From positions 154,147,297 to 154,211,296 of the forward strand of contig NC_068981.1 of the NCBI RefSeq assembly GCF_001194135.2: a DNA stretch of 64,000 nt, written 5' to 3'. This document shows, piece after piece, positions 39,590-53,337 of the stretch; position 1 is the first letter of the stretch, and each line of letters starts with the position of its first letter. The notes below the pieces were generated by a model. That model did not search any database. It had not been told where the DNA came from and saw only the letters and a program-made list of their open reading frames with translations. Position numbers and translations under genes: made by a program. The stretch comes from Octopus bimaculoides (taxonomy: Eukaryota).

Positions 39590-39896
39590 TCTTTACTGCC
39601 CACTCAGAATGTAGCGGCAGATGAAATACCGCTAAGCATTTCACCCGGAGTGCTAACGTTTCTTATTTCTTTATTGCCCACTAGGGGCTAAACATAGAGG
39701 GGACAAACAAGGACAGACAAAGAGATTAAGTCGATTAGATCGACCCCAGTGAGTAACTGGTATTTAATTTATCGACCCCAAAAGAATGAAAGGCAAAGTC
39801 GACCTTGGCAGAATTTGAACTCAGAACGTAACGGCAGACGAAATACCACTTAGCATTTCGCCCAGCGTGCCAACGTTTCTGTCAGCTCACCACCTT
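39590..39896 (-). mobile_element. SINE family C with internal partial duplication, 20-bp TSD
   Basis: Head aaggtggtgagctgacagaaacgtt, core tttgcctttcattcttttggggtcgataaattaaataccag; TSD gacctagtatatatcttatt at 39570-39589 and 39897-39916. Confidence 0.9.
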
Positions 39897-40456
39897 GACC
39901 TAGTATATATCTTATTCTCTTAGCATCATTACCATTGTTAAAAACATCCCTGTCACTATTGTCACTCTTTGTTCTTACTGTTTAACATCTATGTGTTTTG
40001 TTCAGTGACAGAGAGGGTGTAGAGTAAATCTATTTTTTTATCATTAACTCTGGACATGTTTTAATCTTATTAGACTTCATCTGTAAAGCATAGTCTAAAC
40101 ATAGTTTGTTAACATTATGTCTTGTTATAATGATTCAAACTATGGAAGATTACAGAGCTCAGTAGTTCATATCCTGATGTCAACACTAGCCAAGAGTCTT
40201 TAATTCTGATCAAATAAGCAAGCTTGCTTGTACATGGTCATTCAACTTGCCAGAAATAGCAGCCAAATCTTTTTGAAGAGAGTTCAAAATTCCGTCAGAA
40301 TTTTGACCTTTGGAATAGTTGTATGACAAACTGAATTTTGTAAAGTATATAGTTTATTTCAGTTTCAGCATCCTATTTATAATCACCTTGATGATGATAG
40401 CAGAATATATCATTTTCCCATATATACTCTTTTAAATGAAAAGAAATAGAGTTTAC

Positions 40457-40562
40457 CATGGGTGAAGGAAGTTTCTGCTTTTGTAATTAGAATTACTAAC
40501 ATTGGAGTCCATTGGGTTCAATTTGGCTGTTAATGTAGCATTAAGTTTGTTAATTGGAATAA
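40457..40562 (-). CDS. Candidate 106-nt exon (xIPINKLNATLTAKLNPMDSNVSNSNYKSRNFLHPW), unknown gene
   Basis: Acceptor caattttattttcatAAG, donor GTaaac; phase 1 start is compatible with the 41707-41817 exon; contains two N-x-S/T sequons. Confidence 0.35.
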
Positions 40563-41706
40563 CTTATGAAAATAAAATTGTTGTTTGTCTATTCTCAAAT
40601 AAAAAGTAGTTGAGAAAAATCTATAGTTTCATAAAACTATTAAACAAATTGATTTGATGAATAAATAAGAACACAAAACATGAAGTGAACATTTCACAGA
40701 TGTTTCATAGGAATTAAAATGTATTTCTCTCTCTCACTCACACTTGTGAGTTGTGAATAGGCAATTTCCTGATACGCTTTGTTTAATAGGAGTGTATGTT
40801 TATAGGAAGGAGGGAGTTGCTTTTGGAAAAGGGATGTTAGAAAATTAAAGCATCCTACTTTAAAACTATAAAATTCAGGAGAGTTCTGATGAAATTGTAC
40901 TGGCATGAGTTTGTCAAATCAATAAATTGCTAACTTTTTTTGCAATAAGATGTGTTGCTTAATATGTTCACGAAAAAAAAAATAAAAAAGATAATGTAAG
41001 AAAAAGAAGTGAAAATAACTTTGTGAGCTGATTCCAAATAATCTAATTTATCAAATATTTTTTTTTTTGTCTAGATGAAGCTGTTATTATTTTTTTGAAA
41101 GTAACTTCTTCACTGGTGCCAACCTTTTAGCTTTATGAGTATTAGCAAAGTTTGTGACTCAAGTTTTTTTCATGTCAAATGAGTCAGATTCCTTTAAAAG
41201 ACTGTAACATCATGTTGAGTCTCTCTCAAAGAAGTGTATGCAAGGTAGTTAAATTCATTAAATTTTGAAAAACATTTGCAATAATATTGAAGATGATAAT
41301 TAAAATTTGATGATGGAATTTTTGTCTCTTGACAGTTTTCATTCATTCTTTCATAGTTGATAGTGACCTAGCAAAGAACAAACAAACAAAATAAAAACAT
41401 CAACATGAAAAACAGGTAAAAATGCTTTTTTTTCTCTTCTTAGTATTGGAGATAAAAATAGTATTTTCATTAAAATTCTTCTCAGCATATCTGTGAGAGT
41501 TCTCTGTTTTCTCTGTATGAATAATTTTCCTGCTAGATAGTAACCCACTAGTTTGCAGTAATATAACACTACACAACATACTTGATGTTGAAATTATGTT
41601 TTTATTTCTTTTTTAACTCTGCTGTTCTTTGCTGCATACTAAGGGGTGACCAAATCTGATGAGCTACTACTGCTCACAAAGGTATCCCAGGTACAAACTC
41701 ACTAAC

Positions 41707-41817
41707 ATCGTAGCACTGTCTCTTGCCACTGGGTCGCTACTGGTTCTTCAGCTCCATTCTCAATGACAAATGCACTCTGAATTTTTCGAGCATTTGGATA
41801 TATTGTTAATGGAGGGA
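41707..41817 (-). CDS. Candidate 111-nt exon (xPPLTIYPNARKIQSAFVIENGAEEPVATQWQETVLRx), unknown gene
   Basis: Minus-strand acceptor ctgtatttttttatttcAG; 36 open codons; donor GTtagt (alternative GTgagt 4 nt further, end 41703); higher GC than flanks. Confidence 0.45.
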
Positions 41818-42674
41818 CTGAAATAAAAAAATACAGGTATTTGATAAACATTTTTCCTTTTCATTTACTACACGAGTTAATGACTATAATTAGTTTCTTG
41901 TTTTCATTTATATTTCAACATGACATAACACTCTTCCACTCTGTTACACATTCTGTTTATCTATCTATCTATCTATCTATCTGTCTGTCTATCTCTCTCT
42001 CTCTTTCTCTCTCTCTTTCTCCCCCCTCTCTCTCTCCCTCTCCCTCTCTCTCTCTTACTTTTTATCATGCTGTTCATGCTTTTTCACTACATTTTGCTTT
42101 CTTTTTCTTACTTTTTCTTTTCTGTAAAATACAGTTATGCTTTAAGCTACTGCAAAAATATTAAAAAAAATTTTTTTGGATGATGATAATTTTTTTACAT
42201 AAGCATCAAATGACAGGCTTTTAGAGATGGGTCAGAGGAGGTTGTAACATTCATGCTTTTCTACAAAATAGAAATATCTTTAACAGGAAATCAAAATAAG
42301 ATTATGAACTTAAATTGCCGAAAGTTTACCACTTCTTTATTCTTTACTTTCTTGTGTAAGATTATAGAATTAATAATGAAGGTCTGAAAATTTATTTAAC
42401 CTGTTAGCATTAGATTACTCTGTCAAATTTAATGCTTCTTTATTCACATTGCTTTGAATTAATAGCATTATTTTATAGCTTGAAGATTTTGTTGATGTGA
42501 TTGTTTATTTTTAGAATGACTTTCTTGGTAGGGTAGGCACGTAAGGCCTGTTCTGGTCAGTTTGAGCATAAAACAAGTAGAATAATTGGGCTGGATATGA
42601 CTGGTTCGCATGCTGAATGATTAAAAATGGAAATTCAAAGTTGTGATGTTTATATGTCTTTTAGAAGAACATAA

Positions 42675-42864
42675 GTACAGGTGTATCTGTGTGGTAAGAA
42701 GCTTGCTTCCCTACCACATGGTTCTGGATTCTGTCCCACCGCATGGCACCTTGGGCAAGTGTTTTCTACTATAGCCTCAAACCAACCAAAGCCTTGTGGG
42801 TGGATTTGATAGATGGAAACTGAAAGAAGCCTGTCATATATATATATATGTGTGTATGTATATG

Positions 42865-42945
<81 letters not shown>

Positions 42946-43175
42946 ATATCTATGTGTGTGTGTTTCTTTGTGTCTGTGTGTGTCCCCAACCACTGCTTGA
43001 CAACCAGTGCTGGTGTGTTTACATCCCTGTAACTTAGTGGTTTTTGTAAAGAGACTGATAGAATCAGTACTAGACTTTAAAAAAAAAAGTCCTGGGGTTG
43101 ATTTGTTTGACTAAACCCTTCAAGGTGGTGCTCCAGCATGGCTGCAGTCAAATGACTGAAGCAAGTAAATGAATA
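42675..43175 (+). mobile_element. SINE A, full length
   Basis: Colinear, with a long internal (TA)n. Confidence 0.9.
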
Positions 43176-43442
43176 AGTAAAGCAGCTCCAGCTGTGAAAT
43201 GAAACTTGTTTGCTGACTCAGTTTCCTCAGCACTTACCTCAACACAACTTCCAGCCAACAAGGGAACCTTTATATGATCACTTAACTTAACACCTACCTC
43301 CATGGTGATATTTGCTGTTCCTCTGCACTTATTGGTATTTATGTGCATCCCAGCACAGTCTGAGACCAGTGAGGCAATTATGTTGCAGCTATTTCTGTGT
43401 GAATATACTTATTTGGGATATTGTTAAAGTAATGTTCTAGGG

Positions 43443-43792
43443 CAGGGGTTTTCAAACTTTTTGACTTGCAGACCCCTTTATATTTCAGGCTTTACCTTAG
43501 GTTTTGATTGGCACAGGGCTATACTAAACGCTTATGAAATTTATACATAAATATTTGCTTAAAATAACATATATTTTTGCATTTATTTATTTAACAGTAT
43601 TTAGCAAATAGGTTTATTGTCAATTATACACACAGGATTTTTTTAATACATACTTAGTGAGAAGGATGTGCTTGCTTGGCTTTGCATGGACCCCCTATCT
43701 TGGCTTTCCACGGACCCCCTGTCTTGTCCTTGCGGACCCCCTGTGGTCCACGGACCCCCTGTGGTCCACGGACCACAGTTTGAAAACCCCTG
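43443..43792. mobile_element. hAT-superfamily MITE
   Basis: Perfect 16-bp TIR caggggttttcaaact/agtttgaaaacccctg; perfect 8-bp TSD ttctaggg (43435-43442, 43793-43800). Confidence 0.92.
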
Positions 43793-44302
43793 TTCTAGGG
43801 TGTTGTATATATATTTGGGTATCTGGAGGTGGTTTTTCATGTAATGACAGGGACATATAATGACAGGGATATTGAAGCTTGCAGCAGCAATAAACTTTGT
43901 ATATTCTGTTGGTCTTTTGTTTTTAGTATATTTGTTTCATTGTGTCGTGGGCCAGGTACAACCTGTTATAATATTTAGTGAATTGTCTTGCATGTTTTAT
44001 TTAAAAATAATTTTATATCACATTCTGTGAGCTATAGTGTCTTTAGTTGCGGGTTTCCTATAGGCCAATCACTGGTTCACTGAAGGCAAAAGTGACAAGG
44101 GAGTGTCTGGAAGTCAATGCAGAACAAATATCTGAAAGATATTTGATATCTCACCGCCACCACCACCACCACCACCATTATTTACAGCCATATGCCCTTC
44201 ACTTGTTTTCAAGTAAGGTCACATTTTCCCATGACTGGACATGTTTTCAAGGAAGATTGGAAACTAATAAACTGCTTGTATGACAGTGACACTTATTTAC
44301 AA

Positions 44303-44357
<55 letters not shown>

Positions 44358-45084
44358 TATATATATGTTAGACTTCTTTCAGTTCCCATCTACCAAATTC
44401 ACTCACAAGGTTTTGATTGGCACAGGGCTATACTAAAAGACATTTGCCCTAAGTGCCATGCAGTTGAATTGAACCTGAAACCATGTGGTTGGGAAGCAGC
44501 TTCTTAACCACATAGCTATTTTGAAAAAACAAAACAAAACAAGGCATAAAAGACATGGTGGAGTGACAGAAATGTCTTGTGAGACTGCCTTTTATCTTTT
44601 AATCTGGTGAAATTACTAAAATAAATACCAGTAATATAATGTGTTTAAACAAAATAAACTAGACACATCCTTTATTTTTTGCAAAAAATAGGGTTGTATT
44701 TATTAAAATAAAAATAATCAGAAAGTGCATTACCAAGATTCAGGAGAATTAAACATTTTAATTTTAAGCTAAAAATCAGTTTCATTTCATTTACAAAATA
44801 TAAATATAATTTTGACAACACTTCTAATATTGGTATGCCGAAGGGATTTTGTCTCCTCCCTTCAATAAAGTTGGCTGTAATGGAAATGGCACTGTATTCA
44901 TTGCTGAGTTTTTGGTATGGTTTCCTGGACTATGTCTTTTAATTACACTTTATATCATGCATGTCTGGAATGGTGAGGGGAAATATTCCATTGGATGGAA
45001 GTCTTGGAAGTCTAAAATGTTGAATGATTAATCAAATAGAATTTTTAAGCAAAACAAAAAAAATAAGTGTCTGCTCATTTTCAT

Positions 45085-45242
45085 ACTTCCTACCACCATC
45101 ACCACCACTACTACCACCACCACCACCACTGCCGCCACCGCCACCATCACCACCACTGCCACCGCCACCACCGCCACCGCCACCGCCGGCGCCACCACCG
45201 GCGCCACCACCGGCGCCACCACCGCCGCCACCACCACCACCA
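45085..45242. repeat. GC-rich (CCA/CCG)n compound repeat
   Basis: Direct read; includes three ggcgccaccacc units. Confidence 0.95.
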
Positions 45243-45929
45243 AAATTGCCACTATCAGCACTAACATCAGTACCACAACCATTTATATCACATCCACCCT
45301 TGCAATAAACTGACATTCAGTTACGATGATGAGGGTTCCAGTTGATCAGATCAACAGAACAACCTACTCATGAAATTAATGTGCAAATGGCTGAGTACTC
45401 CACAGACACACTCCATGTACCCTTAATGTAACAGGGAGATTCAGCATGACACAGAATGTGACAAGGTTGGCCCTTTGAATTACAGGTACAGCTCCTTTTT
45501 ACCAACTGAGTGGACTGGAGCAATGTAAAATAAAGTGTCTTGCTCAAGGATGCAATGTGCTGCCAGGAATTGAACTCATGATCTTACAACTGTGAACGGA
45601 ATACCTTAACCACTGAGCCACATGCCTTCATACCTTACGATGATCATCATATCAACCCTCTCCACCTTCACTTTATACTATCTACTTGTTCATTGAGGAA
45701 AGAGAGTGAAAGGGCCTATATGTAGTCACTCAGCCTGTGAGAAATAGTAACCACATTTTCCTCAAATTATATCCTGTCCTTTTAAAAAGAAAGGATTTAT
45801 TGGATAATTTGTTCATCGAATACCTGCACATAGGAGAAAACGTGAGTTGCTGACAGCATAAAAGACTTTCATTATTGGTCTGTTTGACTAAGGTATACTT
45901 GGGGCTAAAGAACTATAACAACATCATCA

Positions 45930-46073
45930 ATAACAACAACAACAACAACAACAACAATTACAACAACAACAACAACAACAACAACAAAAACAACCTACCC
46001 ACTCCAACACCTCCAACAGTCTCTTCTTTACAATAACCAATATCAAATATGAGCAGTCAAAATAACAATAATG

Positions 46074-46113
<40 letters not shown>

Positions 46114-46145
46114 TAATAATAATAATAATAATAATAATAATAGTA

Positions 46146-46208
<63 letters not shown>

Positions 46209-46230
46209 TAATAATAATAATAATATTAAT
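45930..46230. repeat. (CAA)n and (AAT)n microsatellites
   Basis: Direct read. Confidence 0.95.
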
Positions 46231-46559
46231 AAAAAGAAAATTAAAAAGAATAAAAAAAAAAGGAGTAAATTACAAAAATCCCCTACTAATTGCATGCTAT
46301 CAGAAATAGCCTTTTCTGAATCACAAGCAGCATGCACACCCAATATCCATTGATCATTTACAGAATGAAAACAAAAATACTTAAAATCAGTAACGCCTAA
46401 GAAATATGATGTGGGCTGGGTGGTAGTATGTGTGCATGTGTGTGCATGTACATGTGCACATGTGTGTGGGTGTGATAGCGTTTGTGCAATACATGACTAC
46501 ATCCTGTTCCAGCATCATAGTGTCCGATAGCTACATCCACACATGCATGCATACATACA

Positions 46560-46637
<78 letters not shown>

Positions 46638-46939
46638 AAACATATTTATACAGTTATAAATGTAATATGTAGTATGTGCCTATTTTAAACTCACGTTCCA
46701 TACAATGATATATATCGTATATATATTATAAAATTATATTTAAATACATATATATATAATATATATTGGTTTCAAATTTTGGTACAAGGCCAACAGTTTT
46801 GGGAGAGTGGGTAGATTACATTGCATACCCATGCTCAATTGGTACTCATTTTATTGAACCCGAAAAGAGGAAAAGTAAAATCAACCTTAGTAGGTATATA
46901 AATATAATATATATTATATTAAAAGAATATATATGTGTA

Positions 46940-47099
46940 GGCGCAGGAGTGGCTGTGCGGTAAGAAGCTTGCTTCCCAACCACATAATCCTGGGTTTAGT
47001 CCCACTGCATGGCACCTTGGGCAAGTGTCTTCTACTATAGCCTCAGGCTGGGCAAAGCCTTGTGAGTGGATTTGGTAGACAGAAACTGAAAGAAGCCCA

Positions 47100-47139
<40 letters not shown>

Positions 47140-47342
47140 GTATCTGTGTGTCTGTGTTTGTCCTCCCACCATCGCTTGACAACCGATGCTGGTGTGTTTA
47201 CTTCCCCATAACTTAATGGTTTAGCAAAAGAGATTGATAGAATAGGTACTAGGCTTACAAAGAATAAGTTCTGGGGTTGATTAGTTCGACTAAAGGCAGT
47301 GCCCCAGCATGGCTGCAGTCAAATGACTGAAACAAGTAAGAG
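46940..47342 (+). mobile_element. SINE A, full length
   Basis: Colinear; the internal tract here is (CA)n. Confidence 0.9.
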
Positions 47343-48339
47343 TAATATATATAAATAACAACCAAATCTCCTTTAAATTACATTGTACCATTTTAATAAT
47401 GAAAGAACATACTGGGTAATATAGTCCTAGATAAACTCTTAAAAAGACAGGGTGGTCATGGCTGGGATACCTTTAATAATAGATGTGTTCAATGAAGGTT
47501 CACTTGGGAATAAACATCAGCCAAAACAGTATCATGCAAATACCAAGATATTTTGATTGCAGACCAGGACACTGCTATAGTCACATTCTAAAAATCACTG
47601 TCTCTGCCATATATGATTCAGAGAAAATAATCTCTCTTCCACAGTCAAACACACAAATACACACATGCATGTGCATGCACACACATATACACTTACAGAT
47701 ATATACGCAGCTACATAGCTACCAAAATCAATTTTTCTCTATAATCCTAAACTCGGTGCTGAATGTCCAACTACCTATGATGAATCTCAATGAAATTAGG
47801 CTTCCACTGCTATCACCACAAGTCGTCCATACACAAACGCAAATCCTCATACACACATACACATACACAGATACATGCATGCATATACTCATACATGAGG
47901 CAATGGGGACGCCTTATGTGGTTGCTTGACCTGCTAGAAAGAACAACTAAATATCCCTCGCATCATACTCAACCATCTTGAAAAGAGAAGGACACACTGT
48001 ATATACTATATTTGAAATACTATGTGTACACCAGATCTGAAAATAAGACAGGATATCACTACTGGAATGCTTCTGACCATGTCTCTGCTTGATCAGAGCT
48101 AACCTGGGGCTAAACAAAATACACACGTGTATATACACACATGTACATGCATGCATACACATGCACTCACACTCACATGCACACAAGCGTACACATGCAC
48201 GCTCAGCTGTAAACCAAAACAGGTTGAACAGTAAACAGCAAGTAACAACCCTTTCAGTTGGCTACCCAACTGCACCACAGTCACTATGAGTCCCCCTCAT
48301 ACTGTGAAATACAACATGGTGGACCACCTAGAGAGCCTC

Positions 48340-48670
48340 AACATGGTTACTCGAATCGATAGAAATAACAGCAAAATCTCCCTCAAATCATACCCTATCC
48401 TGCTCCTCACCCCTGCACATCATCATCATCATCATAAAAATACCCCCAAGAAAACAGGACAACAGGATACAGATAAATCAAACTAGAATACACTCAGTAA
48501 TGTGATTGAAATTATCTTGGAAAATGAAAAAAAAAAAAAGGACATGGTGGATAATGTAACCTGCGCATGAGAAAAAAGCTGGATGGTCATGATAGGAATA
48601 CCTTTGATTAAAGGTCTGCTCAATTAGGATTGGCATGGGGCTAAATTAAACAACAACTACAACAACAGTA
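48340..48670 (+). mobile_element. Family D ~200-300-nt interspersed repeat with (CAA)n tail (representative copy)
   Basis: Recurrent blocks gacctgctagaaatagcagccaaatctccctcaaatca ... gatggtcatggctggaatgcctttgatca ... ctggggctaaacaacaac; about 20 copies, e.g. 1755-1930(-), 5715-5880, 11810-11960(-), 13400-13760, 14715-14930(-), 34370-34530, 45720-45960, 47910-48120, 52600-52760, 63270-63400(-). Confidence 0.75.
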
Positions 48671-49565
48671 AAACAGTGGCAAACATTTCATAGCAGTATA
48701 CAGAATTGTATAACATGGTTTCCAGACAAAACTGAAGAATGAAGAATGGCAAGTGTCCAGCATGCTGGGGTTTATGACTCATTCATAACTACTTGGCTAA
48801 CTACAACCATGTATAGGTTGGTTTTGAAAGGGAAGTTACGGTTAATGACCACCACCACCACCACCACCACCACCACCTACAACAACAACAATAATAATAC
48901 TGATACTACCACCATCACTACTATCACCAATACAACCATCATTCTCATCAACATTACCTCCATTGTTATCATCATCATCATCACCACTACCAACATCACT
49001 ACCATTACCACTACCACCATCACAGACACTACTACCACCACCATCATTAACACCTTCACCACTGCCATCGCCCCCCCACCCCCAATATTACCAGAACCAC
49101 CTGTTTTATTCATGTTTTTGGCTAGCTAGGTGACCATACAATATTAGATACATTACATTCTATTGAAAATATAAAAAGGCATATAATAGTTTTCAATGGC
49201 TAATTAACACAATGCTATTAAAAAGATTTACTTATAAATTTTGCGGTTGTTTTGCAAGCTGTGTTGATCAGAATCAATCATTTAGATAACAATTCCTCCT
49301 CATTACTTAAGGCATAGTTTAAATGACTTGAGATTGAGTAAGCTGAACAACTGCAGTTAAAGTATGCAAGTATCCAGTTTACTATTAAATTTCTATGCAG
49401 TTGGCAGTTCATGATATTTTTTGTCAGTCATTCTTTTGAGTTATGCCACTCATTAATCATTCATGAAAAACCAGTATTTAATGTTGTCACCCTTAAACTC
49501 TTGCAGTTATAGAAAGAAAAATGAAAGAACGAAAAAGAACAAAATAGTTATGGCTGTTTGATCAT

Positions 49566-49954
49566 GTGTGTTGTGTTGGCACTCCGTTGCTTACGACGTC
49601 AAGGGTTCCAGTTGATCCGATCAATGGAACAGCCTGCTCGTGAAATTAACGTGCAAGTGGCTGAGCACTCCACTGACACGTGTACCCTTAACGTAGTTCT
49701 TGGGGGTATTCAGCATGACACAGTGTGACAAGGCTGACCCTTTGAATTACAAGCACAACAGAAACAGGAAGTAAGAGTGAGAGAAAGTTGTGGTGAAAGA
49801 GTACAGCAGGGTTCACCACCATCCCCTGCTGGAGCCACGTGGAGCTTCAGATGTTTTCGCTCAATAAACACTCACAAAGCCCGGTCTGGGAATCGAAACT
49901 GCGATCCTATGACTGCGAGTCCGCTGCCCTAACCACTGGGCCATTGCGCCTCCA
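49566..49954 (-). mobile_element. tRNA-derived SINE family B, young copy with 12-bp TSD
   Basis: Head ggcgcaatggcccagtggttagggcagcggactcgc; TSD ctgtttgatcat at 49554-49565 and 49955-49966; inserted into a family D repeat. Confidence 0.9.
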
Positions 49955-50182
49955 CTGTTTGATCATATGTCTGCTTAATTAGTGATGACCTGGGGTTAAA
50001 AAATTACTACAACAATAATAGCAGCTTCTGAGTAAACTGAGAATCTGTGGGTACCTTAAGCTCAGCTCATTCTGTTTCAAGAGAATAGACCTGGCATTCA
50101 GTTTCTTCTTCCCCATCTATTACAGAGTTCTTTCCTCTCAAGATCAAGAGCAATGCTCTTTTCTTTCTGTCTAAAACCATGA

Positions 50183-50217
<35 letters not shown>

Positions 50218-50465
50218 ATGTCATAATTCAGAGAATGAATTTCCTTGTTTTGAGCTTATTCAATTATGCAGAAAAGTATTAATTATAAATGCTGCTTTGT
50301 TAACTGTGAGATTACTTAAATTCCCTACATAAACAGGGCTTTCTTTCTTTAATCATGCATAAATATGTATATTTGCTGCTACACACATTAACAAACATCC
50401 ACAAATGCATATAGTTGTCTTACACGTATGGATGCCTGTATGTATATATCATCATCATCATCATT

Positions 50466-50512
<47 letters not shown>

Positions 50513-52281
50513 AACATCATATCTCTTTTTCCCTGCTGGCATGAGTCACAAGGTCTGCTCCAGCACAGTGTCTTACCACTTGTTGTTCTTCGTTGTTTGA
50601 TATGCTCAAGAACAGGCACTCAGTTGGTTGAACTAAACCAGTACAGTGTGTCCTAATGAATGTGTGTGAATATTTTAAATGCAAAGGAGAGGAGGTAATG
50701 CTGCAAGGAGAGGAGGTAACGCTGCTGAGAGGATAATGTAAATAGATTCAAGTTTTAGAAAATTCAAGATAACGAGACTTTAAACTAGTGCTCAAAGGAG
50801 CCTCACTCTGATCACTCATCTTTTTAGATGAAGCAGGCCATAACTATCAGGTCTACCATCTTTGAAAAGAAAGGGACTAAGTATTGTGGTCCTAGGTGCA
50901 TTGTGTTTGGAGAAAAAGATGAGATGGTCATCGCTGGAATATCTTTGACCTTAGGCTGCTCAACCTGTGGCTAAAGAACAAAATACTTTTTGAACTTTTT
51001 AACATATGGAGCACAAAAGGATCCTCTATCGGTTGCTCATCTTACTAGAAACAGCAGTTAAATCTCCCTTAAAGGAAAGGTCACTAGTTAATGTATTCCT
51101 AGATACTCTTAAATAGATAGGATGGTCACAGTTAGAATGCTTTTGTTCATAGATCTGCTTGATCTGGGTTAATTTGTGGCATAATGCAAATATCAAAAAC
51201 ATATTAAATGTTATCTCAAAAATTCTCCTGGTAACAATTCCAAAATTCCCCACAATATTTCTGATAGTAGCTATAACAAAATTATAGAGATTATTTTTAT
51301 TTAGAAAATGAACAAGTCTCTCAGTAGAACTGCAGCGTTTGAGAGCTTTTGTTTTGTTAAATGACAATAAGTAATCTAATGCATGAGATATAGTATCACT
51401 AGTTAGCTAAACCCTGATATTATTCCTGACATCTGAATACATCCAAAGGTTATTTCATATTTAAAAGAAATGCATACACAGAAGCAACTGAATCTAAATG
51501 CTGTTGGGTGCAATAAAGACAATACCATATCGGGTTGAAACAGAAACTCACTGGACAATGAGGGAGTTGTTAGATGGTTGTTTGACCTGCTAGAAACAGC
51601 AACTAAATCTTCCTTAAAACAACCCCCACAGCATCATCATTATTCATTCATTTTATGTTGGCCTTTCAATATTGGTATGGGTTGAACAGGTTATCATGGT
51701 CCAAGTCAGTTTTTATTCAGTTACTCTTTTCTAGATGGGTTGAGGATCACATCTTACTCTTCTTTTCTATTTTTTGCTGGATGCCCTTCCTATCACCTAG
51801 CACTATACAGGGATTAGTTGATGCATTTTATTGTAACAGCAGCATTAGAGAAGTTGTATTATTCCTGGCAAGACTAAAAAGGTCTCTTCATTGTATGTTA
51901 TTTCCATTCATTCAGTTAACCACATCAGTGAGATGCAATACTAGAGACAGTCTTTTCTTCCCTACACTGCTTCTATTTCTTTCTTTCTTACGCAATTGAC
52001 TGGGAGAGAGCTAGAGCAAGACATTGAAAGAAGAGAGTAACTAAAAGTGAAATAGGATGATAGAAATGAGAGGGTGATAAATGAGTAGTAGAATAGGAAG
52101 AGAGAGAAAGAGAGAGAAAGAGAGAGAGGTGCACAGCTACATGCGAGTAGCTGTTATTGAGATTGATTAGGAACAACATGACTGAAAGGGCAATAGAAGA
52201 GAAAGTGATGAAAAAGAACCAAAGTAAGAGGGTGATGGAATAGAGACAAAAAATTAGCAATGAAGTTGAGATGATAGAAGA

Positions 52282-52603
<322 letters not shown>

Positions 52604-52988
52604 AACTGTAATTACTTTCAAAAAGGACACATCCAATAATATAGTTCAAGATACACAATGCCTGAAGAAAAAATTGGATGGTAAAGGCTGGAGTGCTTTT
52701 TTGATCATAAGCCAACCCGATCAGCTCTGGCCTTGGCCTAAACAATAAGAAAACATATTGATTCATATGTATGTATGTATGTAGGTATGTATGTATGTAT
52801 GTATGTATGTATCTCTAAATCATGTCAGCATGGAAAGCAGATGTTAAGTGATGGCAAATGATGATGATATATATCTGTAAATTATCAAAACAAGAGCAAT
52901 ACAAAGAGTAAGCAATATACCAATTAAGAAGACTATTAAAAGTTCACTGACACAATGAAGTGGATTTATTAATCACACAGCCATGTTT

Positions 52989-53030
<42 letters not shown>

Positions 53031-53259
53031 GTATGAAGGGCATCTGGCCATAGAAAATCCACCTCAGCTAATTCTATCTGACTCGTGCAAATATGAAAGA
53101 GTTGACATTAAGATGATAATGATGAATCTCTGATATATATGAATATTTAAATATATAAGTATATTTACATACATGCAGACATCCCACCACACACACATGT
53201 ATGTATGTGTGTGTGTGTGTGTGTGTGTGTCTGTGAGTGTGTGAATGTATATATTATGG

Positions 53260-53337
<78 letters not shown>

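Noticed and set aside
41197-41367. Strong minus-strand acceptor followed by 57 open codons
   Set aside because: The pyrimidine tract derives from an (AAAC)n-like run, there is no convincing donor, and its open phase is incompatible with the upstream candidate exon.
41657-41680. CTGATGAGC...GCTC hammerhead-like start
   Set aside because: No GAAA or helix III; lies beside a candidate exon.
43221-43370. Minus-strand ORF with a perfect GAG|GTAAGT donor (ORF track 43148-43348)
   Set aside because: Phase 0 end is incompatible with the 41817 acceptor, and no recognisable homology.
45024-46343. Poly-Pro/Gly/His/Asn/Tyr ORFs in the track (also the many YIYI, HTHT and VCVC ORFs)
   Set aside because: Translations of microsatellites; no splice or codon evidence.
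50184-50214. Long poly(A) run as a retrocopy tail
   Set aside because: No upstream ORF, polyadenylation signal or TSD.
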